Under the pieces are notes generated by a model. The model worked only from the letters and a program-made list of their open reading frames with translations. It made no database searches and had not been told where the DNA came from. A DNA stretch of 25,448 nt from a bacterium (GTDB taxonomy: Bacteria; Hinthialibacterota; Hinthialibacteria; Hinthialibacterales; Hinthialibacteraceae): assembly GCA_963663405.2 (NCBI GenBank), contig CAXXSM010000084.1:1-25448 (forward strand), in the 5' to 3' direction. Below are positions 9,150 through 18,595 of the stretch, piece by piece. Within the stretch, counting starts at the first letter, position 1. Every line of letters starts with the position of its first letter. The translations under genes and the position numbers were made by a program.

Positions 9150-9411
9150 ATTATCCCTCCGAGCGCAATCTAACATCGAAGAAATTATTCGCTATACAGA
9201 TAAACACTTCGGTCCAGCTCAAACAGACGAATACATTGGCGGACTATACTATAGTTTTGATCTTCTGACTGATAATCCACGTTTAGGACGGGTATGGAAG
9301 GGGCAAAAACGCTGTTACACCTATAGAATGCATAACGTTTATTACCGGATAAAAAAAACCGTATTTTTATCACTCAGATACGACACACCAGCCAACAACA
9401 GTCATAAATGA
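9139..9411 (+). CDS. parE: RelE/ParE-family toxin, probably frameshifted near the 3' end
   Basis: Pattern Y.LS.RA...IEEI..YT...FG..Q...Y...L...F.LL..NP.LGR...H..YYR. The family-like tail RIFITQIRH lies in the -1 frame after the A8 run at 9351-9358 (stop at 9407). Confidence 0.85.
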   Translation: MIYELSLRAQSNIEEIIRYTDKHFGPAQTDEYIGGLYYSFDLLTDNPRLGRVWKGQKRCYTYRMHNVYYRIKKTVFLSLRYDTPANNSHK

Positions 9412-9484
9412 TGAAATGGGGAGATTTAGAGAACTTTACTGGCTGTAAAGATTCAAAAGTAAGGCCACCGATTAATCGGCTCGC

Positions 9485-10042
9485 TCAAGGTCCAAACCGG
9501 TATATATCCCCATCACTAATCAATCCATTCGAGGCGTCGAACCATACGAGATATTGCTTTTCCGTGGATTCGAAGTCTTGATCGGGGCCGAAACTCATGA
9601 TCGCCCAGCCGCCTTTTTGGTTTTTGTAGTGAATGAGATCGGGATGGTCGAACCATGTTGACAGCCTGCGATGATCCATTGTGTCGGGTCCCCAGAAGGG
9701 GTAGACGGCGTTGGGTTCGAGATCGATCGTATTGAATACATCCCGGACGCTGACGCTCATATACGCGACTGGCGTGGTCAAGCGTTTGAACCGGAAAATT
9801 CTTGGATTGATAAATGTGGTTGTGTCCGGCAGATAGGTGTTGGGATATTTTCCATAATCGATCGCGTACATCCCCAGCGCGGTTCCAATCGCCTGCATAT
9901 TGCCTTCCGTCGCGGCGATTTTCGCTTTCAATTGGGCGTTTAAGAAATTAGGGACGGCGATCGCGGCTAGGATACCAATAATGGCGACCACGATTAAAAG
10001 TTCAATAAGCGTAAATCCTGATTTTTCTTTGTACGATTTCAT
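9485..10042 (-). CDS. Prepilin-type N-terminal cleavage/methylation protein (GspG/type IV pilin-like)
   Basis: Class III signal KSG|FTLIELLIVVAIIGILAAIAVPNF with Glu5; later Y..D...YP and S.GPD motifs. Confidence 0.9.
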   Translation of the reverse strand: MKSYKEKSGFTLIELLIVVAIIGILAAIAVPNFLNAQLKAKIAATEGNMQAIGTALGMYAIDYGKYPNTYLPDTTTFINPRIFRFKRLTTPVAYMSVSVRDVFNTIDLEPNAVYPFWGPDTMDHRRLSTWFDHPDLIHYKNQKGGWAIMSFGPDQDFESTEKQYLVWFDASNGLISDGDIYRFGP

Positions 10043-10210
10043 TTTTTTTTAAGTACCTCAAGTCCATCATAGTTCTCTTCAAACGACCTGTAAACATTAA
10101 ATATCTGTATACGGAAAGTAGCCTCATTTTATTATTTAAATGATGAGCTAGTGAATGATCATGGGCGTCCCCGCCCGCAAAAAATCAACTAAAGAATTTG
10201 ATTGTGTAAA

Positions 10211-11179
10211 CTATCTCTCATACTCGCCGAACAGTTCCCCGGTCACCTGTCTTACCTGCGACGTAATCTGACGGGCCAGACGCAGGGCGCGCACACCGTC
10301 TTGCCCCGTCACCACAGGGGATGTACCTTCTTGAACGCATTGCACGAACGCTTCGATTTCCGCCGCGAGAGGTTCTTTTTCGATCAATTGAGGGCAGTCA
10401 TGTTGAATCGAGACAGCGCCGCTTGGCCCTTCGATTTTGCGATAGATCTGTAATTCCGGTTTGAGGAAGTCGACCGATAAATAGGTGTCACGCTGGAAAA
10501 AGCGGATTTTGCGCTGTTTCTCCGGTGTCACACGGCTGACGGTCACGTTGGCGACGCCTCCGGATTCAAATCGCAGCCGGGCGTTCGCGATGTCTTCTTT
10601 AGGAGTGACAATGGGCACTCCAACCGCGTCAATAGAATGAATATCTGACTTAACCAAAGTCAGTATTAAATCGAGATCGTGAATCATCAGATCCAGCACG
10701 ACGCCCACATCTTTCACACGCGGCGCCGGGGGCCCCAGCCGGTGGGATTCGATAAAGAGTGGATTAACAAGATGGTTTCCAAGTTCCACCACAGCTGGAT
10801 TGAACCGCTCGATGTGGCCGACTTGGAGCGCGGCGCTGTGTTTCTCCGCTAAATCCACAAGCTGCTCACCTTCCTCTTCGGTGAGAGTAATCGGTTTTTC
10901 AACGAGGACCGGTATACCGCGTTCGATCAGTTTTGACGCGATCGCGAAATGTTGGCTCGTCGGCACAGCGACGCTGGCCAGGTCAATCGGCTCCTTGATA
11001 TCATCCAACGAAACGGCGCCCTGGCATTTCCATTGTTTCGCGCAGGCGCCGCGGGCTTGTTCCTCAGTATCCACAACCGCCACTAAATTGATTGCAGGAT
11101 GTTGGGCGAACACACGCGCATGATGCCGCCCCAACGCGCCCACTCCCACAACGACCGCATTCAAGTGTCTCTTCTTCAT
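10211..11179 (-). CDS. Gfo/Idh/MocA oxidoreductase, GnnA (UDP-GlcNAc 3-dehydrogenase)-like
   Basis: Motifs VVGVGALG, VLVEKP, VGHIERFNPA, DVGVVLDLMIHDLD, DIANARL.F..G. ATG 11179 preferred over TTG 11203. Confidence 0.85.
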   Translation of the reverse strand: MKKRHLNAVVVGVGALGRHHARVFAQHPAINLVAVVDTEEQARGACAKQWKCQGAVSLDDIKEPIDLASVAVPTSQHFAIASKLIERGIPVLVEKPITLTEEEGEQLVDLAEKHSAALQVGHIERFNPAVVELGNHLVNPLFIESHRLGPPAPRVKDVGVVLDLMIHDLDLILTLVKSDIHSIDAVGVPIVTPKEDIANARLRFESGGVANVTVSRVTPEKQRKIRFFQRDTYLSVDFLKPELQIYRKIEGPSGAVSIQHDCPQLIEKEPLAAEIEAFVQCVQEGTSPVVTGQDGVRALRLARQITSQVRQVTGELFGEYER

Positions 11180-11268
11180 AGAACCATTCCATTCTATTAG
11201 CAATCTATTCTTTCGATCCTAGCAACGATATGGCCTGACATCCAAGCCCTATGGATTTAAACTATGGT

Positions 11269-11454
11269 AATCATCATGATTGAGATCACAACCTGCAAAT
11301 GAAAATGAATTACGGGAGTCATCTTGGACGAGTAAGTCTCGGAAATTCATTTTCATATAAATCATCATGATTGAGATCACAACGTGCAGATTAAAATGAG
11401 TTGCGGGAACGAATTCGAACGAGAAAGCTTTAGGAACTCATTTTCATATAAATG
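11269..11454. repeat. Copies B and C of the stem-loop element in tandem (91-bp period)
   Basis: About 59 nt nearly identical plus a 32-nt variable loop. Arms at 11299-11311/11344-11356 and 11390-11402/11435-11447. Confidence 0.92.
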
Positions 11455-11489
11455 ATAATGAATAATTATTTCTACTGGGTGCGGATGGT

Positions 11490-12698
11490 ATGAAAAGCGG
11501 ATTTCTCAGCCGTGTATTAGACCGGGCGGAAAAGATCGATAAGGAACGGATTGTCGATTACATCATCGAGATCGCGGAAGAACGCGATTTGATGGTTCTC
11601 ATCTTCGATAATATGATTGAAGGAATGACCGTAATCGATGAAGAAGAAACCGTAGTCTATATCAATTACCCCGCGCGGCAGATTCTCGATTTAGGCGATG
11701 GTCCCACCATCCCGAATCTGCCGATGAAGCGGTTATTGAATTATCCCGATCTGCTGTTTCTCTGCCGTGAAGGTATCTCCAGCCAAGATCCTATTTTTGC
11801 GCGGGAATTTACTCTGCGCCTTCCCAATGGACGCCGGTTCCTGAAAGTGAACATGATCCCCTTGGATAAAAGCGGCAATCGAATTGGCACACTCATACTT
11901 TTTGTCGATGAGACCGAACGAAAAGTACAGGAACAAAAACTGCGCGAGACAGAGAAACTGGCGGCTCTTACGACACTCAGCGCCGGTATGTCACACGAAA
12001 TCCGCAATCCGCTCAATTCACTTTCGATTCATCTCCAACTCTTAAAGCGGCACTTAAAAAACAAGAATATCCATGACGAAGAAACCGATGAAGCGATTCG
12101 TATCGTAAACGATGAAATCCAACGAATGAATGATGTGATCGAGTCTTTCCTCAGCGCCGTCCGTCCATCCGAGCAAAAAATCCGGCTCGTTAGCCTCTAT
12201 AAGATTGTGACAGAAACCCTCTCCTTGATGGAACCCGAATTCCGGGACCGCCAAATCCGGGTCTCTCTTCACGAAGAAGGTGAATGGCCCTATTTGAAAG
12301 TGGATGACACACAATTCAAACAGGCGCTGATCAATATTCTCCGCAACGCGGTCGACGCGATCGTCAGCAAACCGGAAGAGGAACGATGGAAGGAAAGCGA
12401 TGAAGTGCTGATCCGCATGATCCGGGGGCAGGACAAAGTAACGTTGCAGGTCACCGATACAGGGAAGGGCATTGAACCGGAGGATCTAAACCATATCTTT
12501 GAACCGTATTTCACAACGAAACCGAAGGGAACGGGACTTGGATTGATGATCGTGGATCGCATCATCCGCGAACACAATGGCTCGATCAAAGCGGACAGCG
12601 TCCCCGGCGAAGGCACTCGTATCACTATGACCCTTCCTGTCGATTCAGATCATTTACCGCTGCTGAAAGATGGCGGCGCTGAAGAAACGAGCGGCTGA
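11490..12698 (+). CDS. Cytoplasmic PAS-domain sensor histidine kinase (NtrB/AtoS-like)
   Basis: PAS-like segment, H-box SHEIRNPL, N-box NILRNA, DTGKGI, FEPYFTTK, GTGLGL. No TM segment. Confidence 0.93.
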   Translation: MKSGFLSRVLDRAEKIDKERIVDYIIEIAEERDLMVLIFDNMIEGMTVIDEEETVVYINYPARQILDLGDGPTIPNLPMKRLLNYPDLLFLCREGISSQDPIFAREFTLRLPNGRRFLKVNMIPLDKSGNRIGTLILFVDETERKVQEQKLRETEKLAALTTLSAGMSHEIRNPLNSLSIHLQLLKRHLKNKNIHDEETDEAIRIVNDEIQRMNDVIESFLSAVRPSEQKIRLVSLYKIVTETLSLMEPEFRDRQIRVSLHEEGEWPYLKVDDTQFKQALINILRNAVDAIVSKPEEERWKESDEVLIRMIRGQDKVTLQVTDTGKGIEPEDLNHIFEPYFTTKPKGTGLGLMIVDRIIREHNGSIKADSVPGEGTRITMTLPVDSDHLPLLKDGGAEETSG

Positions 12699-13549
12699 TG
12701 ATGCGCACATTTAAAGATTGCATGCAAGATTTCTCTTTGACCAACCGGCCGAAAATCACTTTGCTGACGGATTTCGGCTTAACCGATGGATTTACCGGTG
12801 TCATGAAGGGCGTCATTCTCCAGATCGCCCCTCAAGCCGTTCTTGTGGATATCAGTCACGATTTACCCGCTTTTTCCATCCACGCCGCCTGTTTTTTGAA
12901 TGAATGGTCCTACGGCTATTTCCCCGCGGGGACCGTTCATCTCTGCGTCACCGATCCTGGGGTAGGAACCGAAAGACGCGCGATCGCGGTGGAAACCGCC
13001 GGGCATTTTTTCGTCGCGCCGGATAACGGCCTCCTTACGCCTTTATTAAAAGTGGAAGAGAAAAAGACTATCGTTTCCGCCACCAATCCGGACTATTGGC
13101 TGGATTCGATCAGTCAGACGTTTCATGGACGCGATATCTTCGCGCCGATCGCCGCGCATCTTGCGAATGGAGTTTCCATCCATGACCTTGGTGATGAAAT
13201 CAATGATGCTGTTGAACTTTCCATTGAACCTCCATTGATTTCACACGATTCCATCACATGCCACATCCGCTATATCGACCGGTTTGGCAATCTCGTAACA
13301 GATCTGGATGAAAGCCGTTTCCGGGAATGGTTGAACCAAACCGGTTGTCCAGAGGACCAGACGATTATCTCCTGGCCGGAAGGCCGGATTGTGGGGATTT
13401 CCAAAGCCTATGCGGAGAAAGAAGAAGGATGTCTACTGGCCGTATTCAGCGGCTTTGGGAAATTGGAGATCGCCGCCCGTGAGGATAGCGCCGCCTGCCT
13501 GACTCAGCTCGGTCTCGAAGACACCATCCGCATCAGGAAACCGGAATGA
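12698..13549 (+). CDS. DUF62 SAM hydroxide adenosyltransferase / chlorinase-fluorinase family protein
   Basis: Motifs ITLLTDFG, DISH, DPGVGT.RR, APDNGLL, S.TFHGRDIFAP, IDRFGN, LEIA. The DUF62-type Arg and His motifs are present. Exact start uncertain. Confidence 0.92.
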   Translation: MMRTFKDCMQDFSLTNRPKITLLTDFGLTDGFTGVMKGVILQIAPQAVLVDISHDLPAFSIHAACFLNEWSYGYFPAGTVHLCVTDPGVGTERRAIAVETAGHFFVAPDNGLLTPLLKVEEKKTIVSATNPDYWLDSISQTFHGRDIFAPIAAHLANGVSIHDLGDEINDAVELSIEPPLISHDSITCHIRYIDRFGNLVTDLDESRFREWLNQTGCPEDQTIISWPEGRIVGISKAYAEKEEGCLLAVFSGFGKLEIAAREDSAACLTQLGLEDTIRIRKPE

Positions 13550-14745
13550 GCGAAAAACGATTCAATCCTTTAAAAGTGCTGATGGTTCATCCCCACGATC
13601 TTTGGTATGATCCTTGGACGATACGAATACTTGAATTGGCTCGTGGCTTGCGGCGCAAGGGTTATGAAATCACACTTTGTCATTTACCCCGCCGTGAGAG
13701 GCCCAGTCATGGTCCCCTGCGTGAACCGCTCCCCGGTGATCCCCCTATTTATGATCTGCGTCCCAAACAGATGCATCTCTATTCCAATTTTCGCCTGCTC
13801 TGTCGTTTGGCGGAGAAATGCGACCTGCTCCATCTCCAAAAATGCTTCGCCGCGGTGGCGCTCCCCATTCTATGGGTATCCCGTTTGTTAAAGAAGCCGC
13901 TTCACTATGATTGGGACGATAATGAAACCGCTATTTCACAAATTGTGGAATCTAGAGGCCTCTCACGATTCCAATTACGTATCTACGAACAAACCCTTCC
14001 TCATTTCGCGTCAACATTAACTTACTCCAGTCAGGCGATCCGTGAGCGCGCGCGCGCGATTGGATTTCCTGAAGAGCGTATGGCGCATCTCCCGGTCGGC
14101 GCGGATACAGAGCGCTTCGTTCCCGGCCTCTCAACCCGGGAAGAACTATCAGAATTCGGTCTTGATCCGGAAAAACTTACTATATTGTATGTCGGCCAAT
14201 TGGAGGGCGCCGCTCACGCTCATCAACTGATCAACGCGGCGCCATTGGTATTGGAAAAGGCGCCGCAAACCCAGTTTCTACTGGCAGGAGGTGGCGAACA
14301 ACTGGATGCGCTCCGAACTCAGGTGGCCAATTCTCCGGCGCGTGACTCTCTCTTTTTACCGGGCTATGTGCCACATGAGCGCATCCCAGCGCTTGTCTCC
14401 GCCTCTGATATTTGCGTGGCTAGTTTCGACGATATTCCAGCGGCCCGTGCAAAAAGCCCTCTGAAAATCGCGGAATACCTCGCTTCCGGAAAACCCATCG
14501 TCGCGTCCCGTGTGGGAGAAGCGCCTTACATGATCGACAATTGCGGTATCGCAGTGGAGCCGGATTGTGTCCAATCTCTGGCGGATGGGATTCTCACTTA
14601 CGCGCTCGATGAAAACCGGCGAATAGCAGACGGTAAACGCGCCCGTGAACGGGCGGGCGCCCATTTTACATGGGAACGGGGCGTCGAAACGTTGGTAAAT
14701 ATGTATTCACTATGCGTTCAAGAGGATTCATATAAACCAGCATGA
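13546..14745 (+). CDS. Glycosyltransferase family 4
   Basis: GT-B motifs G.D..RF.P, LYVGQL, GGG, PLKIAEYLASGKPIVAS.VG, FTW. ATGA overlap with the previous gene. Confidence 0.9.
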   Translation: MSEKRFNPLKVLMVHPHDLWYDPWTIRILELARGLRRKGYEITLCHLPRRERPSHGPLREPLPGDPPIYDLRPKQMHLYSNFRLLCRLAEKCDLLHLQKCFAAVALPILWVSRLLKKPLHYDWDDNETAISQIVESRGLSRFQLRIYEQTLPHFASTLTYSSQAIRERARAIGFPEERMAHLPVGADTERFVPGLSTREELSEFGLDPEKLTILYVGQLEGAAHAHQLINAAPLVLEKAPQTQFLLAGGGEQLDALRTQVANSPARDSLFLPGYVPHERIPALVSASDICVASFDDIPAARAKSPLKIAEYLASGKPIVASRVGEAPYMIDNCGIAVEPDCVQSLADGILTYALDENRRIADGKRARERAGAHFTWERGVETLVNMYSLCVQEDSYKPA

Positions 14746-14884
14746 TTGAGATCACAACCTGTAGATGAAAATGAGTCGCGGGAGCGGTAGGGCGCCTCAT
14801 GCTTTATCGACCCACCGGGAATGATTCACAAAAATGGTGGGTCAAAAAGACGCGACCCACCTACAAACTCATTTTCATATAAAT
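14727..14884. repeat. Copy D of the stem-loop element, with a GTAG...CTAC REP doublet in the loop
   Basis: Arms at 14765-14776 and 14867-14878. GTAG at 14787-14790; GACCCACC at 14809-14816; GGTGGGTC (14836-14843) / GACCCACC (14854-14861) followed by TAC. Confidence 0.92.
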
Positions 14885-14894
14885 GTACGGCTTC

Positions 14895-14922
14895 TTGACA
14901 TTATGATTCAAACAACGATAAT
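14895..14922 (+). promoter_or_regulatory. Candidate sigma70 promoter of tig-clpP
   Basis: TTGACA-16 nt-GATAAT. Confidence 0.55.
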
Positions 14923-15053
14923 TTAGTATTCAGAAAAAATGAGTTTACAAACGATAAAGAGGAAAACGGCGATCGAACCCTGAAATGAATAGGGAAAAAG
15001 AGATCGTCGTGTTGTTTATGTATCCTCACGATCCAAACGAGGAGTGAATCACT

Positions 15054-16430
15054 TTGAAGATTCTAGAGCAGAAAGACACAGAGCGGTGCACAAAAAACCT
15101 GAAAATCGAAATTCCCAGAGACGAGATCGGGAAAGAATTGGACGGCGTGTATAGTGAATTTATGGAAAACATGATCGTTCCCGGTTTTCGAAAGGGAAAA
15201 GCGCCGCGCCATATCGTGCAGATGAGATATGGCACGCACTTAAAAGATGAAGCGATCAATAAAGCGATCGAGAGCGCTTTTAAAGACGCCATTAAAGAAC
15301 TCGACTTAAATCTCGTCAACCAAGCGGATTTTAAGGAAATAGAAAAAGAGAAGGACGATGAACCGGTCGTATTCGAGGTGGAGTTTGAATACATGCCGGA
15401 ACTGGAATCCGCGCAGTATAAAGATATTCAGATCGATGCGGAGAAAATCGAAATCACTGAAAAAGAGATTGTTGAAGCCCTCGACAACATGCGGGAACGA
15501 AACGCGGCGTTTACAACCATTGAAGACCGGCCGGTTGCGGAGAACGATTACGTTTCTATTTCCTCCAAAGCCACCGTGGATGGAGAACCTTTTCCCGAAG
15601 CGACCAGTGAAGAAATCCGCATCGAAGTGGGATCGGGCCATTACATCGCCGGATTCGAAGACCAACTCATCGGCCTGAACGTGAATGATGAGAAAGAATT
15701 CTCTCTCTCAATCCCCGAAGATTTTCCCATTGAAAAATACCGGGGCAAAGAAGCTCATTTTGAAATCCAAGTCAAAATAATCAGTGAAAAAAATCTCCCC
15801 GAATTGGATGATGAATTCGCCAAAGATATGGGCGATTTTGAAAACCTGTCCGCCCTGAAAGACAGCATTGAAACCAACTTGAAGACACGGGCCACACAGG
15901 AACAACAGATGCGGCTCCGGACAAAAGTTCGGAAGGAACTGTTGACACGCAATCCCTTCGACGCCCCTCCCAGCGTGGTCAAGCGGCGCGTCGACTATCT
16001 CAACCGGATGCTCGATTCCGACCTTGCCGCGCGGGGCAGTTCGCTGGCGGAATATGCCCAACAGGATCCGGATGTCTATAAACGGCAAGAAAAACAAGCC
16101 GAAGAGGATGTGCGCCTAACCGAAATTTTGAAGAAAATCGCGGATGAAGAGGATGTCACGATCTCCGATCAGGAATTCCAAATGCACGCCATGCGTTCCG
16201 CCTACCGTTTTGGCGCCGATCCCCGATGGTTTTTAAAAAAAATCCAGAATGAAGGGATGGAGGACCATTTCCGGGCGGAAGCCCTGGAAGAGAAAGTCTT
16301 AGCGGAAATAACGGCCAAAGCGACAGCGGGATCCAGTGAAGAAACGCGCGAAACCGCGACTCAAACGGAGTCAAACGAAAAGGAGGATGACAGTGGTATT
16401 AGTGCCGATGGTAGTGGAGCAGACGAATAG
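15054..16430 (+). CDS. tig: Trigger factor
   Basis: Ribosome-binding motif [14 protein letters not shown]-like [29 protein letters not shown] before TTG start. tig-clpP-clpX synteny. Confidence 0.96.
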   Translation: MKILEQKDTERCTKNLKIEIPRDEIGKELDGVYSEFMENMIVPGFRKGKAPRHIVQMRYGTHLKDEAINKAIESAFKDAIKELDLNLVNQADFKEIEKEKDDEPVVFEVEFEYMPELESAQYKDIQIDAEKIEITEKEIVEALDNMRERNAAFTTIEDRPVAENDYVSISSKATVDGEPFPEATSEEIRIEVGSGHYIAGFEDQLIGLNVNDEKEFSLSIPEDFPIEKYRGKEAHFEIQVKIISEKNLPELDDEFAKDMGDFENLSALKDSIETNLKTRATQEQQMRLRTKVRKELLTRNPFDAPPSVVKRRVDYLNRMLDSDLAARGSSLAEYAQQDPDVYKRQEKQAEEDVRLTEILKKIADEEDVTISDQEFQMHAMRSAYRFGADPRWFLKKIQNEGMEDHFRAEALEEKVLAEITAKATAGSSEETRETATQTESNEKEDDSGISADGSGADE

Positions 16431-17031
16431 GGGTGAGCGGGCCTACGATATTTACTCTCGTCTGCTCAAAGATCGGATTGTTTTTATCGGACAGCCGATC
16501 GAAGATTATATGGCGAATCTCGTAATTGCGCAATTGTTGTTTCTGCAAGCGGAAGATCCAGAAAAAGATATTCAATTATATATCAATTCTCCCGGAGGGT
16601 CTGTCAGCGCTGGATTGGCGATTTACGATACCATCCAATACGTACGGCCCGATGTCGCGACCACGTGTATGGGATTGGCGGCCAGTATGGGCGCGGTGCT
16701 TCTCGCCGCGGGTAAAAAAGGGAAACGGTACGCTCTGCCCAACTCGCGTATCATGATCCACCAGCCGATGGGCGGATTTCAGGGACAAGCGTCCGATATT
16801 GAAATCCGGACGCGCGAGATCCTGCGCACAAAACAGCAACTGAATGAAATCATCTCCCATCACACAGGCCAAGACATAGAACAGATCAACAAAGATACCG
16901 ACCGCGATTATTTTATGTCTCCCAAAGAAGCGAAGGAGTATGGGATCATCGACGGTATTTTTGAACCCTCATCCACCGCCAAACCACCAAAAGAAGAAGA
17001 AAATAATTCCAATAACGAAAAAGAAGTGTAA
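16393..17031 (+). CDS. clpP: ATP-dependent Clp protease proteolytic subunit
   Basis: Motifs [35 protein letters not shown] (Ser), IMIHQP (His), DRD. AGGAGG at 16381-16386 lies 6 nt before GTG 16393. Confidence 0.97.
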   Translation: MVLVPMVVEQTNRGERAYDIYSRLLKDRIVFIGQPIEDYMANLVIAQLLFLQAEDPEKDIQLYINSPGGSVSAGLAIYDTIQYVRPDVATTCMGLAASMGAVLLAAGKKGKRYALPNSRIMIHQPMGGFQGQASDIEIRTREILRTKQQLNEIISHHTGQDIEQINKDTDRDYFMSPKEAKEYGIIDGIFEPSSTAKPPKEEENNSNNEKEV

Positions 17032-17180
17032 AATAAATATAAATTGAATATATATTGAGTGAATGATGGTGTTTTCCGGTACAATAATATTAAAGTGACG
17101 ATTCGTTCAAGGGATACCGGATGATCTGCGCATAATGAACGGATTGTGGAAAATCAATAGAGTAAACAGGGAAGGGATTC

Positions 17181-18437
17181 ATGGATTATACCAACAAGAA
17201 CAAGCCGCTCTACTGCTCGTTCTGTGGAAAGCATCAGGACGAAGTTAAAAAACTGATCGCCGGCCCGCCTCAGAAACACACTTCTCAACCGGCCTATATT
17301 TGTAATGAGTGTGTCCTGCTCTGTAACAGCGTCCTGGATGAAGAAATCGAAGTCGAGCTGAAAGAATTCCTTAAACCGAAAGAAATCAAGGAAGCGCTCG
17401 ATCAATATGTAATTGGTCAGGATCTGACGAAAAAAGGGGTATCGGTCGCGGTTCATAATCATTTTAAGCGCATTCGTTATCACGAAGCGATCACGAACGA
17501 TGTGGAATTGCAAAAAAGCAATATCCTCATGCTCGGTCCGACTGGATCAGGAAAAACCTATATCGCTCAAACTCTGGCGAAAATCTTAAACGTGCCATTC
17601 ACAATCGTCGACGCCACAACCCTCACGGAAGCGGGCTACGTCGGTGAGGATGTTGAAAACATCATCCTGAAACTGCTGATGGCCACTGGTTATCAGGTGG
17701 AAAAAGCGGAAAAAGGGATTATTTATATTGATGAAATCGACAAAATCGCCCGCACAACGCAGAATGTCTCCATTACACGCGATGTCTCCGGTGAGGGTGT
17801 GCAGCAGGCCCTCTTGAAAATCATTGAAGGCACGGTATGCAATGTCCCGCCACAAGGCGGCCGGAAACATCCCCATCAAGAATTCATTCAGGTCAATACC
17901 ACGGATATTCTCTTCATATGCGGCGGCGCCTTTGTCGGTCTCGATAAAATCATTGAACGCCGGATTGGAAGACGGGTTATCGGCTTTGGTCAGACCGACG
18001 AAGGGCCGGTGGTGGTCGACGAAGATAATATTTTAATTAAAGTCGAACCGGAAGACCTGATTAAATTCGGTCTCATCCCCGAATTCGTCGGCCGATTCGC
18101 TTGTATTTCCTCACTCAATGAGTTAGACCTGGACGCGCTAAAAACAATTCTCACGGAACCGAAAAACGCTGTCTGCAAACAGTATCAAAAACTCTTTGAA
18201 TTGGAAGGCGTTCAGTTGGAATTCAGTGATGACGCGCTGGATGAAATCGCTCAGCGGGCATTGGAACGGAAAACCGGCGCGCGGGGATTACGGGCGATCC
18301 TCGAAAAAGCCATGATGGAGATCATGTACGATATCCCCTCCATGCCAGGAGTGTCGAAGTGTGTTATTACAAAAGAAGTGGTCGCGGATAAATCAGATCC
18401 GCTTTTAGTTTTTGAAGACCAAGAGGAAACCGCTTAA
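17181..18437 (+). CDS. clpX: Clp protease ATP-binding subunit ClpX
   Basis: Zn finger CSFC..CNEC, Walker [29 protein letters not shown] loop, GARGLR. Confidence 0.98.
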   Translation: MDYTNKNKPLYCSFCGKHQDEVKKLIAGPPQKHTSQPAYICNECVLLCNSVLDEEIEVELKEFLKPKEIKEALDQYVIGQDLTKKGVSVAVHNHFKRIRYHEAITNDVELQKSNILMLGPTGSGKTYIAQTLAKILNVPFTIVDATTLTEAGYVGEDVENIILKLLMATGYQVEKAEKGIIYIDEIDKIARTTQNVSITRDVSGEGVQQALLKIIEGTVCNVPPQGGRKHPHQEFIQVNTTDILFICGGAFVGLDKIIERRIGRRVIGFGQTDEGPVVVDEDNILIKVEPEDLIKFGLIPEFVGRFACISSLNELDLDALKTILTEPKNAVCKQYQKLFELEGVQLEFSDDALDEIAQRALERKTGARGLRAILEKAMMEIMYDIPSMPGVSKCVITKEVVADKSDPLLVFEDQEETA

Positions 18438-18595
18438 TTTTTGAATATTTATGTTCCTTTCAATCTGGGGATCTTTTCTGGGGAAACTGGGGGGCTTGCA
18501 GCGTGACCATCACGGCTGAAAGGGGATCTTTCCATCAGTTTTCATCCCGGATTTCGCTGCCTTGTGATAATGAATCGTAAATCCTCTCCTTTCGA

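Noticed and set aside
10042-10050. Phase-variable poly-T tract at the pilin-like gene start
   Set aside because: Similar short homopolymers are common in this window's intergenic DNA; no evidence of variation.
11269-11454. CRISPR mini-array (constant part plus 32-nt spacers)
   Set aside because: The constant part is ~59 nt, there are only two units, the 'spacers' are related to each other (18/32), the arms pair across the spacer, and no cas genes are in the window.
12698-13549. True fluorinase or chlorinase
   Set aside because: It retains the GT.RR and TFHGRD motifs of the common hydrolytic DUF62 type, and there is no halometabolite cluster nearby.
16336-16392. Longer ClpP N-terminus from the ORF track
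   Set aside because: AGGAGG spacing and ClpP homology favour GTG 16393.
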